Source: Geosiphon pyriformis uo1 (lineage: Eukaryota > Fungi > Glomeromycota). Taken from it: a stretch of 64,000 nucleotides of DNA. Position 1 is the first letter of the stretch. Each line of letters starts with the position of its first letter. The translations under genes and the position numbers were made by a program. Below are positions 1-12,175 of this stretch, in pieces. The notes below the pieces were generated by a model. The model worked only from the letters and a program-made list of their open reading frames with translations, was not told where the DNA came from and made no database searches. Where the stretch lies: NCBI GenBank assembly GCA_016748015.1, contig JAAOMT010000591.1:72160-136159 (forward strand). The letters run 5' to 3'.

Positions 1-479
1 AAAATGTTTTTAATATTAAAAAAATATATATTAACTACAAAATTTTTGAATTTTTAAAAATAGGTAAAATTTTTTTTAATATTTGTATTTATAGCAGCAT
101 TTAAATAAGTTTAAAAAACAAACTTTATATAAACAACTTAACATCGTTTTTAAAACTATTTAAATACAATAAAATTAAACAATATTTAAAATATAAATTT
201 AATAAAATCTAATTTTACTTTAAATATAATATTAAAAATAAAAAATTATGATTCAATTACAAATTTAACTGTTAATTTTTTTTAAGTAGCAAAAAAATTA
301 ATATATATTAATTTGAAAAAAAAGATAGTAATTGTTTTTTTTGGTTATTTAAAGAAAATTTTTTTTTGACTTTTTATTATCATATTATAAATACAATTGA
401 TTAAAATTTTTTCATTAAACGAATAATTTCTGAATTTTAATTATTTCAAAACAAATTTGAAAATCAAACAATTTTTCAT

Positions 480-1540
480 TTAGCAATTTTTACAATACAA
501 TCTGATAAAATGCCTCATGTTTTCCAAAGGAGCTATTTGGGGATATTTTAAATTTTCAGGATACCTGCAAATTTAAATGAAAATTCAATTGAATAGCCAA
601 TTCAATAATCAAATACAACGATACACACCTATACCACACAGAGTCATGTGACACCACAACATCAAACTCTTTCAGGGCATCAAGAAGGAAATAGATCATA
701 TAAGTTTTCCCGCCCACATTTAAATTAGAGAACGAACCGGCCGAATCTACTATCTGCAAAATTGAGAGTTAATTCGAATGCGTGAAATCAATATTCATTA
801 GCAGATGATGGGTTACCAATAGATGTGTCCCTTTTCGCATATTTTTAGCTAACAATTGAATCATTTCAATAGCGGCCTTTTTGTTGACAAATAATTCATT
901 CATCACAAACATAAATGTTATAAGATCTGCCATCGCGAACTGTTGTTGTAATTCTTTTGTAGGTTCGAGCACATCGCTAACCATGAACACGCATTTCAAA
1001 GTATCTACTTTTATTTCCAATTGTTCCCGAATCTTGCTTTCAAGACTATCCAATATTGTGCCCCAATTCACATAGTCTTGCATATAGAGGTGTAGTCTCG
1101 TATGAGTCGAATTAGCGGTTTTATTTGCGTGATTTAGTGCAGCAGCGAATCCAAGTAATTCGCTACCCGCACCCGAACCTACGCTGAAAATCCTAGTTTC
1201 ACGATTATTAATAAGCTCGAATATTTTCTCCTCGTTCTTTATGAGATTATAATAACATAAGGATCGAGTGGGTACGTATTTTGCTGAATATATCGAGAGA
1301 TTCTCCGGATCTTTGAAGATTTGGTTGTAATCACGTTTAAAAAAAGCTGCTTTGATGGCCTGAAGTCTTGTAAGGAAATCCGAGCTTTCGAAAGTGCTTT
1401 CAAACACTTGAGAAATCAAGTTCAAGATCCCTAACATTATAAAGAAAAAATTGAGCTATTGAAATTTTAGAATAACCTAAATTTTCATATCGTTTCACAC
1501 TTTGTTCAAGGTTGTCAGGAAGGGCATCTCCGTGGTTCAT
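480..1540 (-). CDS. BMT6: 25S rRNA (uridine-N3)-methyltransferase Bmt6-like (DUF3115); 4 exons: 1540-1501, 1430-817, 753-629, 564-480
   Basis: GT-AG introns join in frame: MNHGDALPDNLEQRILNLISQVF...YSAKYVPTRSLCY...SVGSGAGSE (SAM motif)...DLITFMFVMNELF...IVDSAGSFS...WYRYPENLKYP...LENMRHFIRLYCKNC*. Motifs match the fungal Bmt6 family; CpG is retained. Confidence 0.85.
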
Positions 1541-1632
1541 AATGCGTCGGTGATCTAAATGCTAAAAGTTTTCCTTATAATTCTGTTTTACAATGATTAT
1601 CTTTTAATGAGGTATTCTAATAGGATAAATAT

Positions 1633-4600
1633 TCAGCCGGCATAAGTTCTACGACTTGGATTCGGTTTTCTTCTGTAATTAGGCCGTATTATTGGTTTTG
1701 TTTGGGATCGTTCAAATTCACTACTAGAAGTGACTAAGTTAGAATTTGTTGAAATAATATTTGGAAGCGGGTCGCTTGGTTGAATATCTCCTTTAATATC
1801 TATTCGGGTAATCTAGGGCACAAAATAAAAAAGATTAAATATAAAAAGGCATTAACTGATATTAGGTAAACAATTTTACATACCTTACGTCTTTTAGTCC
1901 GTAGCTGAGTACTGGGCGACAGCCATTCGTTCAACGGTTCCCCTTTTGAATCTTTCAATGAAGGAACTACAGAATTAGAGAGATTAGGTAATTTCTCTTT
2001 ATTCTTTTCTAGTCCGTTTACCAGGAAAGAATTCTAGAAATTCAAAATATATTAGTTTCTAATTTTCTCGAGAATAAGGCCTGAAAAATAATGTCCTACG
2101 TCTGTTAAAAAAGAATCCGTATCAACTTTTAATTCTGCATCAGTTTCATTTTTTGGAGGAAGAGCCTGTTTTTAAACATTTTCATTAAATAGTCATAATC
2201 AATCGTATGAAACAAAAATAAATTACTTTTCGATTTGAAATACCATTGCATCGATCTCTAAGAGAGTTAAATGTTGGTTATAAGTATTCTCGAGGGAATT
2301 AAACTTTGCCACATCGCTTAAAGAATGAAATGGTTTATCGAATGGAATCGATTCTTGCTTGTCCAAAGCATCCAATAAGGAGGGTACAGTTGAATTATTT
2401 CGGCTTTGTCGAATTGGCTAAATTCAACAAATACAGAGATTTTGTTAATTATAATAACAGTATTTATTTTTAGGGAATTGGTTTACCTTTTGATCGCTGA
2501 CTCCATCATTGCTTGTTAAAATTTTCAGATCGGTGCGATTAGTTTCGGTATTTGGTTTTGATGCCAAAGGCTTCTTTTCCTAATCATCAAGTATGTTTTT
2601 GATCAAATGACTTTTGATGAAAGCTAAACCAATGTTCAATTGACCCACTATATGTTGTGCAACTCGTCGTTGAGGCTCTTTTTGATCAAGTTGAGAATGA
2701 AGTGACCGCTTGGAGTCAAAAGTAATAATTCCCAAATAAGTGACCAAAGATTTCAAATCCCAATCTAAAAACTCAATATAAATTTAAAGGAAACATACGA
2801 TTTCTTCACTTAAGGCTGTTTCCCGACTTTCTGCTTCACGTAGTTTGCAATCACGTTTGCGAATTTCATTTTCGTGTTCAACCGCAGCCCTTTTGGCAAG
2901 GTCTTGATAATATTGAGCTGCCCGGTGAAGAGCTTGGTCAACTGCTTCTTTTTTCTAATAAAAAGTTCAAATACCAAATGTTCATTTGGATATTTTTCCC
3001 CTTTTGAATATGGAGGAAATAAAAAACCTGAATATCATTGTTGTCTCTTCCTTCAAGTAGCATTCGGTGTTCATTCGAGATTTCAATAAATTTGGTCTTT
3101 AACTCTAATAGTTCTGCTTCTGTTGAATTTGATTCGATCTTTGAAGAGGATGATTATAACATTTTAGATTTGCCTTGATCAATAGGTATGCTTCAAGCCA
3201 TTATACCTGAAAATTTTCAACTGCAGAATTTAATTCTGTTATTTTTTTCTCATGACCAATATTTATACGATCAACCTCTGCAATAAGATCTCTATGTTGG
3301 ACCCCAAGATCCCTTTCTGGTATATCAAGAGTTCCAATAGCAACTAATATGAATGAAATCGGGATTTATTTTGAAGTTTCAAAAAAATCAGTGAAGGCTA
3401 GAATAAATCAAATAACATACTTGAAACCGAGTCGACTATTCGATGATCACGTTCGCTGAGCTGGGCCTCAAGTTGTTCGATTCTTTTTTGAAGAGTAATC
3501 ATATATCCAGAAAATAATTTGTTCCTATGAGGCTAATTACTGCTTACCTATCGTTATATAATTCGTTGACCCGCGTGATTTCCTCAACCTTTCGACAAGA
3601 ATTTCCGAGTTCTGATTCAAGATGAAATCTTACGGACCGTTCTTCCTGGTAATCAGACTCTAATTTTAAACGTTGAGTTCGCTCTTCCTTATATTCTCCT
3701 TCTAATTTGGCCCGTTCGTTGTTTGTTTCTATTTCCAAGCTCATCCGCTGCTTCTGAAATGCTTCTTGAAATTGGATGCGCTCTTCCTTGCTCTCGATTT
3801 CTATTCTTTGCAGTTCGGCTGCTTGTTTGTTACTTAAAGTATCTTTTTCTTGATCTTTTAATTCTAATTGTTTTTTTGTGCTGTCTTTTAAAAGTTCAAG
3901 CTCTGATTGAAGGTTTTTATATTCCAATTCCGTTGTTCTCAAAGCCAATATTCTAAATAGTTTCTTAAAATCAACGGAAGAAACCGATATTTGAAAAACT
4001 ACACTTGTGCATACCGTTCTTCTTTTTCGCCTATCATGGATCGGACGCGTGCAGTTTCTTGTTTCATAATTTCTATTGTGGATTCAAGTTGCTGGATTTG
4101 ATGAGCAAATGTGTTGATCCTGCAAACCAGAAATTGTTATCTAGCCATCGCGTGAAACTGTATAATATACATAAGAGGCATGGTTGAAAATACTTTTCTT
4201 CATTCTCCTTTCTAGAATTTACTTCTATTCGCAATAAATCTTCAGAGCGTTGCTTTGTGAGTTTTAACTGTTGAATTTCTTCAAAAAGTAAAGATTTTTG
4301 GACGCTATTTTCATTCAACATGGAATCAGACTTCGAACGCCAAGCCTCCAAATCAAATGCATATTTTGAAGTCTTTTCTTCTGCTTTTTGTATCGCTGAC
4401 CGCAATTGATCAATGGTTTCTTGGTGACGATCATTGGATTCAGTAAGTTTTCCATTAAGTTTTCTCAAATGCTCTAATTGAGTTGATTCTAAAATATAGT
4501 GATGGGCTACTAGTTAACTGGAAAATATCAAAAAAAATTATTTTAGACTGTTAGAAAAAATCAAATATATTTACGAGAATCACAAAGGGAAGCCTTCGCT

Positions 4601-6200
4601 TCAAGTGCATATTTTTGCTTTGCCATGAGGTTACTATAATCTAATTGAAATTTTTTTTTGGTTATTTAATTGAAAAGATAACCATGTACCAATATTTAGT
4701 GAGTTTGAGGACGTGAAAGTAATGCATACCACGTTTTAGTTTCTTGACTTGATTGTCAATTCTAATTTTCTCCTTATTGAAACCCTGAATATTCTTGGCC
4801 ATATCCAAGAGGTTCTTACGAAGGGAAAAATATTTGGTCTTTATAGCTCCAATACGATTACTGTTGCGTTCTGCACTGTTTTTTTGCCGGTTGATCATTA
4901 CCTCTATGAATGTAATACGTTCTCTATAGAAATTCAATGTTTTATCACGACTAAAAAGATTATTTCGAAGAGTTTTAACTAATTCACGCTGGAAATTATA
5001 TTATATAATTTATGTATAATATGAAAATTAGAGAGTAAATAACCTTATTTATGTGAAATATAGGAAAGTCAATATTAAATAATACTAGAGAACTCACCAT
5101 ATCTATTATTTCAATATCCCTTTGTTTGGCTTCCGTTTTCCATTTTTTTACTACACCCATTACAATTCCCAATTCCTCATCCTCCCCCGCTTCCCTAATA
5201 GCATGAAAGTCCCTCTCTGATTTTTTTTCTGCCTCTCTCTCCAATTCATTGATCGAATCCATCGTTGGTGGTTCCTTTGGAATAAAAATATTTGAGCGTT
5301 CGGGAGAATCAGGTAATTGTGTATCAGTTTTCTCTAAATCAGCTATCCCCCCGACGGCTTGTGATTTTGGAGTTCTGGTCAGGGATGTTGAGGGCCTACA
5401 ATGAGCCCAGGGGGATGGGGTAGGTGTTTGAAAGTAGCAGATGGTTTATTGGAATCATTATTTTGAGAACTACCATACCACTCTCCGGAGGGTTTCTCGT
5501 TATGCTGGTCAGTAGTTGTCTCAGGGGCATTTTGATCATTAAAAAATAACAGCATAGGATCGTTCTCCTTACTTTGTAGCCCTAAACTTTGTGATGGAAA
5601 GGACTCATGATTCTCGGATAGAGCCGTATATAATTCTAAGTCTTCATTAACAGAAGAATTGAAATTTGATTTAGGGATTTTGTAAGAAGGCTCCATAGCT
5701 TCTGTAGAGGTAATGTAGGAAGTGAGCGGACTTTGAGGGAATTTATCATCTACTGTTGATGCCGTTGTTCCAGCAAAATCATCAGGGAAGGAAGTAAGGT
5801 TATTAAAATTATTGGTAAAATGGTTTGAGCTCGGATTGTTAGACTGTTCATTTACTGGTTGACTATAACAGAGAGTCGAAGATGCTGCTTCTGAATTATT
5901 TTGAAAATCTTTGAAAGAGAGACGTTTTGTGCTAGATTTTGTTCTAAAAAGGGGCTGGGCGAAAACATTTAAGGGCTTTTGTGATGATTTTTGCGCTTGG
6001 TTTTCTTTAACACCAAGGTCTTGCGAAGAAACAGAAAGTCTAAGAGGCTCTTCTTGTGCCGAGTGGCGCGAACGCCCAAAAAAGAAGTCTCTTTTCTTAG
6101 GTAGGTCAGTGTCAGAGCTAGAGTGGACAGTAAGTATAGAGTTATTGGGCATAGAACTTCCTTTGATATTGAGAGATTGGTCGGCAAGTTCGGTTTCCAT
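1633..6200 (-). CDS. Multi-exon long coiled-coil protein, function unknown (disordered S/N-rich N-terminus, E/K/Q/L heptad-rich core, basic C-terminal tail)
   Basis: Minus-strand ORFs 5379-6230, 4996-5262, 4662-4937, 4073-4468 and 3544-3948 plus smaller exons separated by short GT-AG introns. Likely ATG at 6200 (METELADQ); last exon ends ...RRKPNPSRRTYAG* at 1633. Not every exon junction was resolved. Confidence 0.7.
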
Positions 6201-6314
6201 ACTAACGCAAGGCTGTTGGTGATAAAGCAAAGAGTGGAACTCTAAATTTTTTGACGCGTAGATTATGATTGGATTGATCAGGTTTTGATTTTACATTTGG
6301 TTAATCTGACTGAT

Positions 6315-6513
6315 TGTTATGAGTTGGAACAGGATTCGAGTTGATTTGGGATTCTAATTTAACTTGAGTTAATCCGGAATCCTTAATTCAACTCTGTGCT
6401 GATTCCGAATTAACTCAACCAATTACATTATTTGGTTAATTGGCCAGTAAAAAGTTTTCCTTTCATTAGCCAATCAAAAAAATCAAAGTTTTGATATTTG
6501 ACGTATTTTTTTA
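6315..6513 (+). repeat. Left TIR of the Ginger-like element, with internal hairpin and CCAAT motifs
   Basis: tgttatgagttggaacaggatt...ccagtaaaaagttttcctttcattagccaatcaaaaaaatcaaag is the reverse complement of 54991-55162; internal inverted repeat ttgagttaatccggaatc...gattccgaattaactcaa. Confidence 0.9.
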
Positions 6514-6535
6514 TTATTATATCTAATAATTCTAA

Positions 6536-7163
6536 TTATTTGTTTCGATTCTTACAAGTATTGCTATTGCTACCATAACATTGTGTATCACATAAAACTC
6601 TGGTTTTTTTGCAATTACAATAATTAGTTCTACAGGTCTCTTTACAATTGTATTAATAACTTATTATTTCTCTCTAATTTTAACATAAGACTGCTTTACA
6701 TAAAAAAATAAAAGTGTTTGCTATTTTTTATAAATTTGAAAAATTAGTAGTTTTAATAGACATTAATTCTATTGTGTAATAAGAATTTTTTAATATTCTT
6801 GACTTGTATTTTAGTCTATATAATTTTTTATTAATAGTTTTAATTATTTTGTAAATAAAGAGCTTTTTATCAATACTTAAACAATTAATTTTTGGAATTT
6901 CAATTTGCATAAAATCTCCAATTTTATAAAATATTTTCTGCTTTGCATTTTTACACAGCATTTTTTTTGTATTATTTTGGTATTATTAACATATTGATTA
7001 TAAACAATTTGGTATATTTTATAATAATCAATAGGAAAGTTAGTAATATTGTATAATATATTGTTTTGGTTATCATTATTCTATTAAAAAATATGAGATT
7101 AATACAGAATAATATTAAAAAGTGCAAATAATAAAAAATATTACCTTATTTTTTGAAATTATA
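6536..7163 (-). pseudogene. Ginger-like transposase, C-terminal SH3-like and Cys-rich tail
   Basis: IGDFMQIEIPKINCLSID...LYRLKYKSRILKNSYYTIEL followed by CKETCRTNYCNCKKTRVLCDTQCY...CKN*, as in KRBA2/SCAND3-like transposase C-termini. Confidence 0.7.
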
Positions 7164-7167
7164 ATGG

Positions 7168-10100
7168 TGTTACAGATGATTATTTGGGGTCTCAAATTAA
7201 ATAACAAATTCATAACTTGGTGCTCAATATCTTGATAATGCTAGTAATACTGGTATGTTGGTTGTATCTGAAGGTTTTAGAGTTGAGTTTTTTGTATAAT
7301 AAACAGAGATTTAATGATGACATGGTTGGTAAGTTGCTTTTCCAATTTCTGTCTTTAGCATGATGGCCAGTTTATTCTGGCAGTTGTGCCTTTCTAATAA
7401 GCTATTCGTTAATATATATATTCTTACCCTTATCTTTGGGTCTTTTACCAAGCTATCTGTGATGTCAATAATTCAACACTTTAATCCTTAATTAATTAGT
7501 ACACAACAATAAGATCACAACAAAAAAGAAAAAAAAAATAAAGAAAAAAAAAAAATAAGTGAAAGCAATTACAAGTTAGTATCTCATTAATAACTGTAAT
7601 TAAAAGCTATTGTTCTAATGTAGTTAAGTATTAATTACTATTAATACTTTATGTTAATAGTAGAGAGAAAAAATTGAGATAGTGAATAATTATTTATTTA
7701 ATATTTGTAAATGAAAGGTTGCTTAGATCAAATCTAAACCAAGAGGTCTCTAATTAAAGGATTTTTTTTTTTGTAATTTTAATAATTATGATTTGCAAGT
7801 CTAATTGATTCTATGAGTCTAATTGACTTTGTGAATCAATTGACTCTGAGTTTCATTGACTAATTTTCTAACTTCTGATACTACTGCTATATATATGTAT
7901 TTAAGATTCCTCAATTCCTCAATTTTTCATGTCAGGAATCCTGGAATTTCTGGAATTCTGCAATTCCTTTGAGAGAAATCCTGGAATTCTGGAATCCTGT
8001 AATTCCTCCTATGAAAATCTTGCAATTTCTGGAATCTTACGATTTCTCTGAAAGGAATTCTGAAATTCTACATTTACTACATCTATCTATGATTGGCTAA
8101 TTTATATGCTAATATACTTCCTATATTTTATGAGTAACATTATTCACTCCTTTAATATTGAGCTTCTGCAAAATCTTCAAAATTTTATTTTTGTATCAAT
8201 TTTGTTGTTGTAATTTCTATTGCTATTTTTTTTTTTTTTTTTTTTTAAAAATCTAATTTTTATATGTAACTAGGGTTTTTAACTATAGTGGTTTGTCCAG
8301 AATATTCAAGTTCAAATTTTGCATCTGTATTATGTGCATATTTAGACATAATATCCTCATTATTATTACTGAATTGAGTTAATTTCTGCTTCATTGTAAG
8401 ATCTAGAAGCGTAATATATTGTTTGGTGTTTAAAGCGGAGTTTGAATTGTTGTTGGTGGAGTTTAAATCATTGTTGTCATTTAGTGGAGTTTGAATCATT
8501 GTTATTATTAGTGGAGTTTGAATCAGGATTAAGTTCTGATTCCAATTCTCACTGATTGGCTTGTTTTTCTCAGAGTTTGAATATATAATGCATGGAAGTG
8601 GATTGTGACTTGGGGTCATTAGGTGAGTTTTGATGATTTGTTATTCAATTTTGGTATTGCTAATTCTCAAATTCCTTTTTTTTCTCTAAGTCTTTTTTGT
8701 ATTGACACTTTTCCAATGCTGACTTTTGGCATAAAAAAAAACAGTTTTCATACAGGTAAGTATGAATCTGGGTAGTTTTTTCTGGAATTCTTTCAACAGG
8801 TCTTTAAATAATCAGAGTTTTGAATTTCTAGAGGTTTGACAGGTTTTATTTAAGATAAGTTTTCTTGTCTAATAGCAAAATTGGACTTATTGAATTTCTA
8901 ATGTTCAGGTTTTGAACAATTAAATTGGAGTTTTAACTTTTAACAAGTTTTACTAAAAGTAAGTTTTTTTCTACACTAGCAAGATTAGGTTTTGAATGTT
9001 TGAGTTTTGAACTATTGGGTCTTAAAAAATTGGAGTTTTAACAAGTTTTATCAAAGATAAGTTTCTTTATATAATAGTGGGATTGAAATTATCAGGTTTT
9101 GAATAAACGGAGTTTTAATTTAATGTGTTTTTTTTTTTTAACAAGTTTATCAACAATAATTTTTGAATGTTCAGGGTTTTAACAATCGGATTTTGAATGA
9201 TTGGAGTTTCAATTTAACAAGTTTTCCAAAGGTAATAGTAAAATAAAAATTTCACGAATCCTAAGTGATTTTTTTTTGTTTTCTCTTGGTCTGCCACTTT
9301 TGAATAGTGTAGTTGGTGTTGGTTCTCTGTAAGGTTATATTTCACAGAGAGCACCAAATGTTACAAATGATTATTTGGGGTCTCAAATCAAATAACAAAT
9401 CTGTAACTTGGTGCTCAATATTTTGATAATGCTGGTAATACTGATACATTGGTTGTATCTGAAGGTTTTAGAGTTGAGTTCTTTGTATAATAGACAAAAA
9501 TTTGATGACAACATGGTTGGTGAGTTTTTTTCCCAATTTTTGTCTTTAGCATGATGGTCAGTTTATTCTGGCAGTTGTGCCTTTCTGATAAGCTATCCAT
9601 TAATATATATATTCTTACCCTTATCTCTGGGTCTTTTACCAGGCTATCCATGACATCAATAATTCAGCACTTTAATCTTTAATCAATTAATACACAACAA
9701 TAAGATCACAACAAGAAAGAAAATAAAAATAAAAATAAAGAAAAAGATAAAGAAATAAGCAAAAGCAATTGCAAGTTAGTATTCTGTCAATAGCCATGAT
9801 CAAGAACTATTGTTCCAGTGTAATTAAGTATTAATTACTATTAACATAAAGTGTTGATAGTGAAGAGAAAAAATTGAGATAGTGAATAATTATTTATTTA
9901 ATATTTGTGAATAAAAGGTTGCTTAGATCAAATCTAAACCAAGAGATCTCTAACTAAAGGATTCTTTTTTTTGTAATTTTAATAATTATGATTTGCGAGT
10001 CTAATTGATTCTATAAGTCTAATTGACTTTGCAAATCAATTGACTCTGAGTTCTATTGCTATATATATGTATTTGAGATTCCTTAATTTCTCAATTCTTC

Positions 10101-10311
10101 ATGTCAGGAATCCTGGAATTTCTGGAATTCTGCAATTCTTTTGAAAGAAATTCTGGAATTCTGGAATCCTGCAATTTTTCTTATAAGAATCCTGCAATTC
10201 CTGGAATCTTGTAATTCTTCTGAAAAGAATTCTGAAATTTCATATTTACTATGTCTACCTATAATTGGCATATTTATATGCTAATATACTTCCTATATTT
10301 TATGAGTAACA
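7168..10311 (-). mobile_element. Element F: non-autonomous, internally deleted LTR retrotransposon (family 1)
   Basis: LTRs 9359-10311 (5') and 7168-8139 (3') with TG...CA ends; PBS 9340-9356; PPT next to 8140; TSD ATGG/ATGA; only ~1.2 kb internal sequence, no pol. Confidence 0.9.
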
Positions 10312-10315
10312 ATGA

Positions 10316-12031
10316 AAAAAACATGAAAATTATTAGAATAAGACTAGTATTTTTCAAAAGATTGCTTGGTTTTTTATTTATAACTTAATTTTTCTTAATT
10401 TTTTTTCAATATTATTTACTATATTATATTATTACTACTGATTTAATGGTTGTTGTTACTGTTCCTGATTATTTTGTTGTAATTACTGATTATTTTGCTA
10501 CTGCTGTTGGATATTTTATTATTCATTAACTTTTCACTACTTCTGGTTATTTTGTTGTTACTACTAGTTATTCTGTTATCTATTATTTTGTTTTTATTAC
10601 TAATTATCTTATTGTTACTATTAGTTATTTTTTTATCTATTATTATATTACTACTAGTTATTTTGTTACATATTATCTCATTGTTATTGCTAATTATTCT
10701 GTTACTTATTATTTTGTTACTTATTATTTTATTGTTATTGCTAATTATTTTATTGTATATTATTTTGTTATTACTGCTGGTTATTTTGTTACTTATTATC
10801 TTGCTGTTACTGTTGATTATTTTGTTATATATTATCTTATTGTTATTATTAGTTATTTTATTACTCATTATTTTGTTGCTATTGTTAATTATCTTGTTAC
10901 TAATTATTTTGCTGCATTACTAATCAGCTTATTGCTGTAATCTGTTTTGCTGTTGATTACTATTATTTTTAATTTCTTGTTGAATTAACTTTTTATTAAC
11001 TGGCTTTATATCTAAGTTGTTAAAAAGATTTTTTCTTGTATAATTAATTGTTTAAAAAGGAACTTGAAAAAAAAATAATTTACACAAGATTTTTTTTAAA
11101 ACATTATTTGATAAGATAAAAAGCCAATAACTATAGAAATTTCTGTATTTATTATATTTAAACATAAAAATAAATTAATTATTGTTTAAAAAATTCAACC
11201 AATATAAAAATAATGTTTTTTATATATTACCCAATATAAAATATGTGATCAATTATTAGTTTTTTTATTTTTTATTTATTTTGAAAGTTTTTATTAAAGT
11301 ATATCATTTGCTTATTTGATTAATTTTTGGAATTAAAAATGTCTTGGATATTTATTTATAATATGAATATTTGGTTATATTTCTGTTAATTTTTTAATTA
11401 TATTAGCTGTAAACTTTTTTTTATTATTGGTTTAAAGAATAGTTAGAAATCCAAATATGGTAAAAAATTAAAAAAAAAAGCTTGCTACTTTTTTTGTTTT
11501 TTTAGAAAAAAAAGCCATAATTCAAGAAACTTTTGTAAAATAATCTTAAGCATAACAAATATATTTATAAAAATTATTTGGTTAATTATATATATTAACC
11601 AAGTCTATTTGTAAATAACACATGAAATTTTTTCCTAAAATTAAATTTATAGCTATTAGTTAAATTAAAAATTGTTATGCAATATATCTAGTACAATAAA
11701 AACAAAACTGTTTTATTAAATTCTCAGATACTTAAATATATTTATCTTTAATCTATAAATAAAAAATTATTAGTATATATTTATATAAAAAATTAAATTA
11801 ATATTATATATTATATTATAAGTTTTGCTTATTTTTTTATGTTCTATTTTTAAATAAAATTTACATAGTTTTTTATATAATTTTTCTTTTGAAAAAACTG
11901 GTTTTTTTGTTTTTTTAAGATAAAATATATTTTGTTTTTCAACTTGTATAATATAAAAAATAATACATACTTAATATTTTAATTTAGAATTAAAGTTTTC
12001 TTCTTTAGGGATATTTTTTAATATCTTAATA
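10316..12031 (-). pseudogene. Ginger-like transposase, H2C2 + rve core and Q/D/N repeat region (heavily decayed)
   Basis: Manual translation gives KPVFSKEKLYKKLC...EHKKISKT, LQIDLVN, YKYICYA*DYFTKVS*, IFGFLTIL*TNNKKKFTANII, INKYPRHF*FQKLIK*AN: decayed forms of QIDLVD, DHFTKFSW, QSDNGKEF and GRPRHPQSQGLIERAN. Probable intron near 11160-11230. Confidence 0.75.
10440..10960 (-). repeat. Degenerate tandem repeat, ancestrally coding (Q)nDN inside the Ginger transposase
   Basis: Minus strand reads CAG CAA AAT AAT TAG TAA CAA GAT AAT..., i.e. CAA/CAG codons decayed to TAA/TAG. Confidence 0.7.
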
Positions 12032-12175
12032 TACAATGAACTCTCTTTATAATTACACCTTTTAGTCAGCACATTTGTGGTAACTATAGAGAGATGGGAC
12101 TATAAAAAATGATTAATATCTTATCACATAATCTATATATCACATACATAATATAATAACCAATTATATATATTT

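Noticed and set aside
556-1437. Two separate genes from ORFs 556-759 and 769-1437
   Set aside because: They are exons of one BMT6-like gene with read-through into introns.
6305-6314. Target-site duplication for the Ginger-like element
   Set aside because: Left flank (ctgat) and right flank (tatat) do not match at 4-6 bp; not claimed.
10443-10923. ORFs 10495-10923 (poly-L/I 'membrane protein') and 10443-10868 (N/K/I-rich)
   Set aside because: Off-frame and antisense readings of a decayed Q/D/N tandem repeat.
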